A stretch of 64,000 bases of DNA from Lama glama. Its lineage: Eukaryota. Location of the stretch: NCBI GenBank assembly GCA_028534125.1, contig CM052837.1, positions 17,918,001 through 17,982,000 of the forward strand, in the 5' to 3' direction. The notes under the pieces were generated by a model. That model was given only the letters and a program-made list of their open reading frames with translations, was not told the DNA's origin and did no database searches. Shown here one piece after another: positions 53,285 to 64,000 of this stretch (position 1 is its first letter; each line of letters opens with the position of its first letter). Position numbers and translations under genes: made by a program.

Positions 53285-55066
53285 CCATGGCAATGTTTTC
53301 AAACCCTTTATGTCTATTCCTTTATGAGGAATGGACTGGTAGTGTGTGGTGTGGGGAAGGGAAGCCCAGTGAAGAGGCTGCCACAGTCTTTCAGGCCAGA
53401 GATGATGGTGGCCAAGACCTGGGGGCCCAAGGGGATGGCAAGATGGAGATGAAGGCAAGCTTGCGAGAGTTAAGTAGACACAATGTAAAGGCCTAGAGAC
53501 CTCTGTGACCCCACAGCTCCAGCTCAAGAACTTTGTCCTCCCTGTAGCTATAACTTCAGCCTCCGGTCCGCAGTCCAGCTCACACACCCGCCCACAACAC
53601 TTCCCGTGGCAACTCCCAGCTCCCTATTATCTGCAGGACATCATTCGACTCCTCTCTGGCCTGGTCTCCCTGCTCACCTCTAATCCCTTAGACTCCGCAG
53701 TTCTTCCTTCTACTCCCTTTGCAACATTCTCCCTGCTTGTCTGCCCCTCACGTCTGTCTAGAGACCCCTACTCATCTTTCACAGCTCAAACCCAGCATCA
53801 CCATGTCCAAGAGGCCTTCCCCAATCCTGTAGGACTGACACTCTCCCCTCCACCTGCAGGACCCTCCCCAGCACATCCCTTCAGCAAAGGAGGTTTGCTA
53901 TTGTTACTCTTTTGTGGAGGAAAACAGAACAGAAGGAATTCCAACAGGACAAAGCTGGATTATTGCCTCCTGGATGGGATTCTTCTCTAACAAGGACAGA
54001 CACTGAAACTTCCTCATGCTACCCAGAGCTGAATGTCTCAGGTGCTGGCAGCACTTCTGAGGAACTGCCAGGAGTCTGGGAAGTGGGTGGCAGAGGCAGC
54101 CTGGTGTAGCTCTGGCCAAGGAGCCTCCAGGGACTCCTGTGCTGGTTCTTTGGCTTGGGCGGCCAGGCCAGCAGGAGCAGCTCTTTCTGTCCCTGCAAGT
54201 CTGAACTCCTGCAGGGGTGACTGGGGAGAGACCTCAGGGAAGACCTGCCTGGAGTCCCAAACTAGGATGTGCACCCTGAGCTGGCACCATCTGAGCTGCC
54301 TCCTTGGCCATGCCCCAGCACCTAGCAAGGACCTGGCACCACCAGGGCAGTCAGGCACATGGGTGAAATGTCAGCCCACTAGCCAGCCACCCCTTGAAAC
54401 CCCCCACAGCTTTTTCAGGATGAAAGGCCTCCCAAGGCCCTGTCACCTCCCCGTTTGGCCCCAGCCGCACTGGGCTTCATTCATTTCAATGAGGCAAGCT
54501 CTCCCCAGACTCAGAGCCCAAACCTGTGTCTCTCCTGCCTAAATATCCTGACCCCAGCACCCTCCAGACCAGGTCAGAGGCCATACCGTGCTCTTTTCAT
54601 ATGTAGCCACCTCTCTCCAATCCCCAAGTCCCAAGATGGCTAGAAGGAAGGTCCCCAGTAGCTGGTAAGACCCACTAAGGGGTGGTGACAAGTCCAGCCT
54701 GGAAAGGGGTGAGGCAGGCGAGGGGGGTTCTGCCTGGGGACAAGTCGTCTCTCAGGAACCCAGCCCTGCTCTCTGGGACTTTGTGAGGGCTCAGTAGCGA
54801 GCCCCCAACTCCACACCACATCCTGTTGGCAAAAAGGGGTAAACCTAGAACCCGCAGGATTTGGGGGTCAGGCGGGGGTGGTTAAGGCAGAGCCCAAATG
54901 CACTTACCTTTCCCAGGGAAGACTCCAGAGCCAGAGATTTACAAGGTGAGAGGGCCCCCAAATTGAGACAAGCTAAGTCAGCTGTAATTAAGTTCTCACT
55001 ATCTGTAGGCTTGGGGGCCCTTCTTGCTGAGAGAGAGAGGACACGACACAGGAGGTGACCACTGCC

Positions 55067-55072
55067 TTTATT
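55067..55072 (-). terminator. NECAB3 polyadenylation signal
   Basis: TTTATT on + (AATAAA on -) ~750 nt past the stop, followed on - by GT/CT-rich sequence (gtgtcgtgtcctctctct). Confidence 0.8.
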
Positions 55073-55817
55073 GCCTCTGTGCTGGGGTCCTGGGCTGGGG
55101 TTCAGAGGTATCTAGGGGCATCAGGTGACTTGGCCCAAATTATTGCTACTTAGCAAGGTCACCTTGGGGCTTCCCATAGTGCCCTGAGTATGGGTGGGCA
55201 GGAGCATGCAAATGATATGCAAATGACATGCAAACCAACCCAGGATCCTCCAGAGGTTGCTGGTGCAGCTGCAGGTGCTGGAAGGGTCAGGAGCCTGCCA
55301 GCCCAGGAGGATGATGGGGAATCCTAGGTCCTTACCCCACACTGCAGACTGATCCAGCCCAGCCTCAGGGGTCGAGGTGGGGTCGGGATGGACAGTCCCT
55401 GAGCATCAGCCCTGGTTCTGCTGCTGGTTGGGGAAGAGCAGAAGCCTGGCCCCGAGACAGCAGGAAGAAAGCAGGCACCCACTAGGTAGCCAGGCGGCCC
55501 AAGGCCCACTCAGAGAGGGGACTTGCCCTGGGTCACGCAGCAAGGCAGGGGCAGAGGGGACCAGAATCCAGGCCTCCTGAGCCAGGCAGAGGCCAGAGTA
55601 CCTCAGAGACCAAAGCTACAAACAATAAAATACACTGATAAAGGAAGAAATAGAAGCAAGAGCCCTGTCTCTGATCCCGGGGCTGAGATTCTCCACCAGC
55701 TGGGTCTGGGAGGCCACTGAGAGCTAGGCCCCAGGTATAGGAGGCAGCAGTGTCCTTGGTCTCAAGCTGAGCCGACCAGTCCAGAAGCTCCAGAAGGAGG
55801 GTCCTTGGTTATGCAAG

Positions 55818-55852
55818 TCAGGCTCGATTATTATTCATAATCCACCAGGAGG
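55818..55852 (-). CDS. NECAB3: NECAB3 last coding exon
   Basis: cccAG|CC TCC TGG TGG ATT ATG AAT AAT AAT CGA GCC TGA = ASWWIMNNNRA*. Confidence 0.93.
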
Positions 55853-55947
55853 CTGGGGGTCAGAGGTTGGGAGTCAGAGGCCATCAGGTGCCCACGGCCC
55901 CTCCCCAGGTCCCAGGGCTGTGGAGAGGGTTGGGGGATGCGGCACAC

Positions 55948-56039
55948 CTGGGAAGAACACAGTGGTGAGGGTGTCTGGAGCCCGCAGGTGGTCGATGAGG
56001 ATGCGCTGGAAGGCCTTGCTGCAGGCGGACTGCTGGTGC
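55948..56039 (-). CDS. NECAB3: NECAB3 exon (ABM domain)
   Basis: cccAG|GCAC...CCAG|GTgtgc; [30 protein letters not shown]; 92 nt. Confidence 0.96.
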
Positions 56040-56520
56040 CTGGGAAGGGCCGCGGAGTGGACTGAGGCTGGAGCTAGTCCCCAGAGATCAGGACCATGTG
56101 GTTAAGAGCTCCCAGCTCCCACCCAGTCCTGCTGCCTGGATTCAGATCTCAGTCCTTCCTCATATTGGCTGTAAACCTCAGTTTCCTCCTCTATGAAATG
56201 GGGACAATCGTATCCACTGGGATACTGTGAGGACTATACGAAGTAACACACAAGGTGTGTGGCACAGGGTGTGGCATGGTGGTGACAGTGTGTATTCATT
56301 GAGCACCTACCTTGTACCTGGCACTGTGTTCAGTTCTTTACATGTCATTTCATTTAGTTGATAAGAGATTAGAACTATTATCACTCCCATTTTGAAAGGA
56401 GCCCACTGGGGCTCAGAGGGGGTAGGTAACTCTCCTGAGGTCACACAGTGAATAGGAAAGGATTATTTGAACCCAGGGCCCATACTCAATCAAAGGTAGC
56501 TTTTAGACTACCACTCATAC

Positions 56521-56598
56521 CTTCTCCAAGAGGCCTCATCCTGCCAGAACTCGTACAGGGTGAAGGAGGCATTGTCCAGCATCTTCTGGGCAGACACA
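56521..56598 (-). CDS. NECAB3: NECAB3 exon (ABM domain)
   Basis: gcAG|TGTGTCT...AGAAG|GTatga; [25 protein letters not shown]; 78 nt. Confidence 0.96.
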
Positions 56599-56760
56599 CT
56601 GCAGGGCCAAAGAGATGGCCAGGCCAGGCCTGGGCTGCTACCACTGCTGCCAGGGGTGTCTAACGAGAGCCCTGGCCCAAGACACCCAGCCCCAGCATTT
56701 CTCCCTGCTCACCACCCCCCACCCCACCTTGGCCAGCACACCAGCCAGCTGAGGACTCAC

Positions 56761-56873
56761 TGCAGGCAATGGCTCTGGGCCCCTGTGAAGTCCACGTAGC
56801 AGCACAGGGCATGGTGGAAGTCCTGCAGGGCCGCCTCAGCCACCTGTACCTGCCTTTGGGCCACAAGGATGTG
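56761..56873 (-). CDS. NECAB3: NECAB3 exon (ABM domain start)
   Basis: ccAG|CACATC...CTGCA|GTgagt; [37 protein letters not shown]; 113 nt. Confidence 0.95.
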
Positions 56874-57377
56874 CTGGCAAGAGAGGCAGCCCTGTCAGGC
56901 AGGGTAGGGCAGCGCATGGCAGGAGGGACAGCTGTGGACCCCGCCTTTCTGGGCTTGCACCAGACCCAGCCTACCTTGAGGTCGGGCCCCTGCCCCAATC
57001 CAACCCCAGCATCCCTGACTCCATCCTCTTCTTCTCAAGCCCAAGGTTGCTGCCTTGATCCAGCCATGTCCCGCTCTCCTGCAGAATGGCACCACTTCCT
57101 ACTGCCCCTTTTGGCCTCCATCCCCACTGCCACAGACCCAGCTTTCAGAACTATAGATGAGGGACACTGATGCTCATGGAGGAGCAGATTTCTGCAGGGT
57201 CACACAGCAAGACCAGAACCCAACTGGCCTGGCCTGGGGTATGAGGGCTGGGCCAAGCTCACAGAATGGGGGAGTGTGCAAGACAGAGGCCGGGGGTCAG
57301 CTGGCCCCATTAATCTCCTCACTTCATGACCTCCTCCTGGCCCGACACCCAGCTGCCTGCCCCGCTCCCAGACTCAC

Positions 57378-57431
57378 CGAGTTGGGCCCCTTGGTAAACT
57401 CCTCTTCATGCAAGGGTTCCAGCCGGGGAGC
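57378..57431 (-). CDS. NECAB3: NECAB3 exon
   Basis: cacAG|GCTCCC...TCG|GTgagt; [18 protein letters not shown]; 54 nt. Confidence 0.93.
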
Positions 57432-57535
57432 CTGTGAGGGACACAGAGAGTGGGCCAGGTCCTCAGCGTGTGCCTGGCTTGGGTGGACTCCAGGAAGGTC
57501 CACCGGCACAGGGCACCAGCCACGTGGCTGCTCAC

Positions 57536-57615
57536 CTTGCACTCGAGCTGGTCAATGAGCTCCTGGAGACGGTTGATCTGGAGCCGCCACTGCATCTCGG
57601 CCTCTGAGCTCCGCC
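57536..57615 (-). CDS. NECAB3: NECAB3 exon
   Basis: cccAG|GGCGG...AAG|GTgagc; [26 protein letters not shown]; 80 nt. Confidence 0.95.
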
Positions 57616-57730
57616 CTGGGGGTCAGGCATGGGCCCCCTCAGGCTGGGAGGCCTCTCTGGGAGGAATGAGGGAGAGAGGAGGAGCAGGCACTGGGGGAGG
57701 TCAGGCCCTCCCACCCCGCCGCAGGCACAC

Positions 57731-57849
57731 CTGTGTCAGAGGAGCCAGGAGACCAGGTGGGCGACCTACTGACGCTCCGCAGGGCCTTGCGCCCTGCCCG
57801 CCGGCTGCCACGGGGCCTGCTCTGCACCAACACCCTCTCATCATCTGAC
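57731..57849 (-). CDS. NECAB3: NECAB3 exon
   Basis: ctcAG|GTCA...ACAG|GTgtgc; [39 protein letters not shown]; 119 nt. Confidence 0.94.
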
Positions 57850-58129
57850 CTGAGGGAAGCGGACAGTCGGCCTACTGCTCCCAGACCCACAGGCCAAGGA
57901 CTGGGGCCCCAAAACAGGCCTCGGTGAGGTAAGACAGGCTTCTGGGGACACTGAGGCCCAGCCTCAAAGGCAGACCTCCCCACCCTCTTTAGGCCTCCTG
58001 CCTAAGAACAAGAATTTGGGCTCCAGGATGCTAGAGCTACGGAATGCGGTGAAAGCTGAGGGACTTGACACATGGAGATAATGGACACACATGAACTGGA
58101 CCCACAGGGGCACGGAGCTCCTCACATAC

Positions 58130-58266
58130 CGCGGGCTGTGGGCCTGGGCCTCCAGGGTGTCTGACGCCCCCTCCAGAGAGCTCTGCAGGGCTTGGAGCTG
58201 GCTCACTGTCTCTCGCAGTAGGAAGCGTGTCACAAACTGGTCCACCTTGGAGGCCCGCTCATACTC
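58130..58266 (-). CDS. NECAB3: NECAB3 coding exon (first in window)
   Basis: cAG|GAGTATGAG...CG|GTatgt; [46 protein letters not shown]; 137 nt. Confidence 0.96.
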
Positions 58267-59796
58267 CTGGGGCAGAGGAGGCATGGTCTGCAACTCTCAG
58301 CCCCAAGCATATATTTCTGAGTGGGGAGCTGTCTACCAGAGGGTGCCCCCTGCCCACTAGAGCAACAGTGGCAGCGTAAAGATGGCATGCAGACCTGGCA
58401 TAAGTGGGAGGGCACTGGAACTCAGTGGGCGAGCAGACCTCAGACCCCCTCCTTGTCCAGGCCTGGCCTCTTCCTGGAAGGTATGAGGCCAATTCATAAA
58501 GAACCGTCTGCCATTCTCTGGGCCTCAAGGCCCCTTCACTGTTGGGGCCACCACCTTCAGCCAGTGAGGCCCCAGGCACAGCTGGACTGGGGGTGGGTGG
58601 GAGAGTTGGGGTGTGGTATGACATAATGGACACATGAAGCCGAATGATGGTATTATATGGCTCCATACTCACCAGCTGGCCCCAAATTCACAATCTATGT
58701 ATTCATTCATTTATCCATTCATTCACTCACTCATCCACATAAAAGACATCTACTGAGCACTTCTTACTAAGAGCTGCAAATAAAACACAGTGGGTCATCG
58801 GCCTCACACACTGACCCCAATCTACATCACCATTTCCCCCCAAGCCCTTTCCAAGGTGGGCAGAGGCAGGTAGGCTGACCATGTGCCAGGCCCTGTGCTG
58901 CCCACTTGGGATGCTCCTTCACCTCCTTGCCTGTTTCCTCACCTATAAAACAGGGATGCTAACAGTTATCTCACTGAGCTGTTGAGAGTCTCCAATGAGT
59001 TATTTCCTACATGGGGCTCAGTCCAGTACCTGTCATCGTTTTTACTGTCAAACATAATACAAGAAAACTGCCGACTTGTACATCCAACAGTCAGACTCCC
59101 TGAGAATCTCCTCACCAACTCCTCTCTCTGCCCCCCGACCTACACACATAGCCCAGGATGGGAGTCCTAGGGAGCTGTGGTGCCCCCCTTCACAAGGGGT
59201 CCCAGAGGCACCATCCATCAGGGGCTTCCTCTCCTGCCCATGACCTGCCTCAATTCAGCCATCAGACAGGCAGGGACAAAGGGGAGGCTGGGTCTTCTCA
59301 TTCTTGGACAGGCCAGTGGTTTCTCCAAGCCTCTAGACTTCCTGGCCATTCTCTGAGCTTCCTGAAATCCTTCCAATAAGTTCCTTTTTGGTGTTTAAGA
59401 TTATTGATCAGTTTCTGTTGCTTGCAACCAAAGAACCTGGCTGACACACGCACCCACTCTGTGCCAGGCCCTGTTTCCAAGTAGAATTTCATTTAATCCT
59501 CATAACAGCTTACAGGAACCATAAATGACTCCATTTTTCAGATGAGAAGACTGAGGTCTAGAGGAGTACCTTGGCCAAGGTCCAAAACTAGCTAGTGGCA
59601 GAGCCAGAATTCAAACCAAGGCCACAGAAATTCCTCTCTAGTCACCACTAAGCATTTTACAAGCATAACCTCACTTATTATCATTAGTCCATTTTTACAG
59701 CTGAGAAACCAAGGCCAGAAGTTACAGACAGAGTAAATGGAGCCAAGATTTGCCTGTATGTTCTGGGAGGAGGAGCTCGGAGCCTGGAGCTGGTGA

Positions 59797-60135
<339 letters not shown>

Positions 60136-60757
60136 TAGGGGCATGGAAGGGGTAGGAGAGCCCCTCCTGAGGATGAGGGTCCCAGGAACCCACATGGATG
60201 TTGATGGGGTCCTAAGAGCCCAGAAGGGAGAGCAGGGGATTCCAGGGACCAGGAGGTGGATGAGACTTGGGAGGCCAGGAGGGCATTCTCCCAACCTAGG
60301 ACTGATGGGTGGAGGTCCTGGCATGGGGGATCAGCCCAAGCTGGTGACACTGGAGCTATGGGCACGAGGAGTTCCCTTATGCCCTTTTCCATCCCACAGC
60401 TTCAAAACATGCTACTTTCCCCCCTCTTCAAGTGGGCAGAGGCCCTGGGCTGGGGCAGGGGTGGGTGAGGGTCCCAGCATCAAAGCTGGGGCCAGGGGGG
60501 TAGGCTGGGGATCTCATAAACGGGATCCAAGTGAGGTCTCAGGTCAGCCTGGGGTGGAGGAGGGTTTCCAGAGGGGCAGCAGGGGTCCAGGGCGATGGGG
60601 TAGGATACCTCCCTCCCCCACCTCCCCAGGGCTAGGATGGCAGGAGTCCAGGAGACGCAGAAGGAGTTAGGGCCTAGGAGACAGACCTGGGTGGGTGAGC
60701 GTCCCCGGGAGGAAGGCTGGACGCGCTTTCCCCTCACGCCCCTGCCCCACCCCCTAG

Positions 60758-61153
60758 ACCAAGATCGTGCTGCTCCTCCCCCTGGACAAGCAGCAGCAGC
60801 TAGCTGAGGTGACGGCGGGCCCCGGCGCGCGGTGCGGGCGGCCGGGTGAGGACGCGGCGGACGCCCGGGTGGCCTCCCCGGCGGCGGTGCCCATGCTGCG
60901 AGGAGCGGGCGACGGCGCGGAGCGGCGCGAGGGCGCACGAACGCGCGAGGTGAAGAAGATCCTGGTCCTGCTGCTGCTGCTGGACGCGGGGCTGCAGGAA
61001 GAGGGGCGCCGCGCGGAGGGCGGGGCCAAGGCGGCGCAGGGCTGTCAGCGGCTCTACTCGCGCCTGCTGACCGACAGCGAGGCAGGAGGCGAGGCCGACC
61101 CCGCCGAGGAGCAGCCACGCAAGCGGCGCCGCTGCCCTCGCCCGCGGCCCTGA
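60758..61153 (+). CDS. C20orf144: C20orf144 orthologue exon 2 (total 174 aa)
   Basis: ccctAG|ACCAAGATCGTG; TKIVLLLPLDKQQQLA...AEEQPRKRRRCPRPRP*; in phase with exon 1. Confidence 0.88.
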   Translation, partial: TKIVLLLPLDKQQQLAEVTAGPGARCGRPGEDAADARVASPAAVPMLRGAGDGAERREGARTREVKKILVLLLLLDAGLQEEGRRAEGGAKAAQGCQRLYSRLLTDSEAGGEADPAEEQPRKRRRCPRPRP

Positions 61154-61188
61154 CAAGCTGGCCCGCACCCCGGTCCCCGGACTGGCCC

Positions 61189-61194
61189 AATAAA
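61189..61194 (+). terminator. C20orf144 polyadenylation signal
   Basis: AATAAA 35 nt after the stop in otherwise GC-rich sequence. Confidence 0.85.
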
Positions 61195-63584
61195 GAGCGC
61201 AGAGCAACCACTGCTGGCCCTGTGTGAGGCATCTGGGCGTGAAGCCGGGGTAGGGGAAACTGAGGCCCAGAGCGGGACAGGGAAAGACCAGGCGTCTTGA
61301 GGGCAGAGCAACGGCCATGGCCTGGAGTCGAGGCTGTTTCTGCCTTCTCCTTCCTTGTGACCCAAGAGTCAGTACCCCTGCCCTGGGCTGGGGAGGGGGC
61401 ACCCTGCCACAGTGGAGGGAGGCTGTTCCCTGCCTCCAGGCCCAGGTCAGACCCTGCAGGTCTGCAGGCCCAAGGGAAGTGAGCTTGCGCAAACCCAGAC
61501 TTGGCCACGCGAGGAGGAGAGGTGCATGCTTCCAGCAGAGGCCAGGCAGCTCCAAGAGTTTCCAGCATTCACTGGTCTTTTTGAGGCTGAGGGAGAAGGT
61601 CCCAGGCTTTTGCTTTTTAGCCACCACCTTAGGGAAGAACTGTGAAGGTCCATGATTTGAGCTTTAGAATCACATTCCACCTGTGAGAGCACCCAGGAGG
61701 AGAGGCTGAGGTCCCTGGTTCTCTCACTTCTGCTGCACTCTGCTTGGAAACCCCCAAGGCACCTCAGTTACCTGTCTCCTACCTACCCTGTCCCATCCCT
61801 CTCCCCACATTGCAGCCGCTGATCTAGAGGACATTTCATTCCCCTGCTCATAAGCTCATGCTGGTTCCCAACTGACCACAGGGAAAGGCCCAAGCTTATT
61901 ATTGGGATGTGCAGGCCTAGCCCCACAACCTCAGTCTTCCCCTCTGGGGCTTCTCAGCGACTTCCACCCTCACTCCTGGTCTGGCCATACTGTCACTTGT
62001 GGTCTTCAATTCAGCTTCTATTGAAAATACACTTTTGTCAGTGTCAGCCTCATCAATGTCCTGACCACATTACCTACATCAAGCTTGAGAATCCACTACC
62101 CACATAGCATCTCCTCTGCTGCTTGTGAGAACTGACCCTTTCCTAACAACCACATGGTTACAATCAGGGTAAGCACATTCCTTAGTGTGGGGCACATCTC
62201 CTGGAATAAGTGATTGGCCCTAGCTGGTCCTATCAGTCCCTTCTCTGGGTCCGTAATTCAGGAGCTGTTAAAGGCTGTTTTCTACAGGAATATGCACAGG
62301 CTGAAACCAGCCTTCAGAAGATTATAAACACAATGCAGAGCCAATGGCTTCCCCACAGCCCTGCAGTCAGGCCCTGCTTCCAGTCTGTTCCTAAACCCTG
62401 ATTTCATCCTGCCCTTGGTATCCATAAGACATACAAGATGCTTGTATAAAATCCCTATTTTAGCTTAAGCTCACCTCAGTGGGTCTTCAACTTGCAACCA
62501 GAAATGTCCTAAAGAAAATAAAGAGACTGCGGAGACAACAAGTGGCCGCTTTCCTGTAGGTGAGGATGACCACCTTTTGGAGGAAACAACTGAACCCAGA
62601 GAGGGATCCAGACTTGTTCAGGGTGCACAGTGTGTCAGCTTCAGAACTGAGTCACAAACTCAGGCCCACGTAAGACCATTTGCAGAAGCTGCTGTGAGCT
62701 GCCTGGGTCCCTGAAGGCTAAGCACACAGGTCTTCAGGGTGGCTGTAGATCTGTGATTAAGACCTTTCTCTTCAGCACTGAGAAGGGAGAGCCCACACAT
62801 TTGGCCAGAGCACATCAGGTAATCCGAAATGGTTTGGGGATAGAATCAAACTGGTTGTTCTGAGCAGCTGAGGCCAGACCTCTGGATGTTAAAAATCGCC
62901 ACCCTCGGCCCTGCTCCAGGAGAGAGGATATGTCTGGGGAGTTTTCATCAGAGTGGAGGGCTGAGGAAGCATGGCAGGTGCTGAGGACTGAGGTCACAAT
63001 GAGTCCAATCCAAGTTCTTTTCCTTCTTTCTCTGACCACCCCACCCCAGCCCTACCTCCACAACCAGGAACTACAGTACTTCTGCCAAGCCCAGGTGAGA
63101 AGTGCCAGGAGCCTGCCCGGGGCTCAGGGGCTGGGCTGGGCTCCTGGGTCCCCAAGTGGGGATGTATGTCTGGATGACATTGTCACAAGGCCCCATAATT
63201 CCCAGAGCTGCTTCCGGAGGCTTCTCAATCTCTTAAAGGATTTGGCCCAGACTTATCCTCCATCTGAAGGGGCAGAGACGCACAGCAGAGGCGAGTCCTC
63301 AGAGACATGGTAGGGCCTTGAGTCAGAGGAGGGCAAAGAGGACCAGAAGCGGCCATAGCCCAGCGAGGGCGGGAACTGACACCTGAACCAGAAGCGGGGT
63401 CCTTGGGCCCAGGGAAGGAGTCCAAGAACTGAAAAGAGACATCCACTCGGTCCAAAAAAAGTAGGACCTCAGGACCAGACCGCAGAGACCAACAAACTGA
63501 GAGCAATAGCTATCTAATCCAGAAAGGCAGGGACGTAGGGCCAAGGGGCAGAGCCAAGAGCTGAAAGGCGGGCCTCCATCTAGG

Positions 63585-64000
63585 CCAGCGGAGTTGGGGT
63601 CTCAGGCCACGGGCGCAACTGAGCCTCTGGGAGCAAAACTCTTGGCTGAAGGGCGTGGCCGGCCCGAAGGTGGCGTCGCTGTCCGGGAGCTGTCGGGTCC
63701 GCCGGCCGCCCTCACTGGGTCGCGTCGCCGTAGTAGTGGACCAGGGCTCGGGTTTCACCAAAGCGGGCTTTGCGGGCGAGAAGCAGCCGCGCCTGGTGCT
63801 GAAAAGCTCCAGCCTGGTGCCCAGCCGGGACCCGCCCGTGCTGCCCAAGGCGCCGGGCTGCGAGCTGGCAGGCAGTGTAGCGCGGACGCACCCCATCAAG
63901 CACGGCGTGGTAGTGGACTGGGAGGCCCTGGAGAGGCTGTGGGAGCGCCTGCTGGTGGGCGGCCTGCGGGTGTACCCAGAGCAGTGGCCGGTGCTGGTGA
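63585..64000. other. CpG island over ACTL10 coding region
   Basis: Dense CpG and high GC content. Confidence 0.75.
63715..64000 (+). CDS. ACTL10: ACTL10 actin-like protein, N-terminal part (start codon uncertain; runs off window)
   Basis: LGRVAVVVDQGSGFTKAGFAGEKQPRLV...HPIKHGVVVDWEALERLWERLLVGGLRVYPEQWPVLV, matching actin DNGSGMCKAGFAG and [20 protein letters not shown]...LRVAPEEHPVLL motifs; position inside a NECAB3 intron matches human ACTL10. Confidence 0.85.
   Translation, partial: MGRVAVVVDQGSGFTKAGFAGEKQPRLVLKSSSLVPSRDPPVLPKAPGCELAGSVARTHPIKHGVVVDWEALERLWERLLVGGLRVYPEQWPVLV

Larger units (their letters stand above)
60700..61250. other. CpG island over C20orf144 exon 2
   Basis: Very high GC and CpG density compared with the flanks. 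Confidence 0.8.

Noticed and set aside
60480-61568. 362-aa and 275-aa minus-strand ORFs over C20orf144
   Set aside because: Low-complexity Pro/Arg/Ala/Gly translations of a CpG island antisense to a real CDS; stop codons are scarce in GC-rich DNA

Overview
Mammalian genomic DNA, probably from a camelid judging by tRNA-derived SINEs of the Vic-1 type, syntenic to human 20q11.2, with five assembly gaps. On the + strand, ten coding exons of CBFA2T2/MTGR1 (16787-44685) splice with GT-AG junctions into an intact frame. This gives 575 aa from the ATG at 16813 (NHR1/TAFH, NHR2, NHR3, MYND), followed by a ~4.4 kb 3'UTR. On the - strand are the last eight coding exons of NECAB3 (58266-55818), converging on CBFA2T2. 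Nested antisense in the large NECAB3 intron are the two-exon gene C20orf144 and the 5' part of ACTL10. Introns hold L1, L2, MIR, MaLR and hAT elements, four SINEs with target-site duplications (TSDs), and a retroposed U6 pseudogene. Most interesting: (1) ACTL10 has an intact actin N-terminal lobe but no in-frame AUG, and no ATG at all in the last ~690 nt, suggesting non-AUG initiation or a hidden 5' exon. (2) An identical TGAGGTCACAATG 13-mer lies upstream of both nested genes. (3) NECAB3 shows an apparent stop-codon loss and a 104-nt out-of-frame intron. (4) The NECAB3 3'UTR has an 11-bp-phased octamer/RBFOX array. (5) A young CpG-rich L1 5' end sits in CBFA2T2 intron 8. Gene identities and human comparisons come from recalled protein sequences, and repeat family names from recalled consensus similarity; no database search was run.
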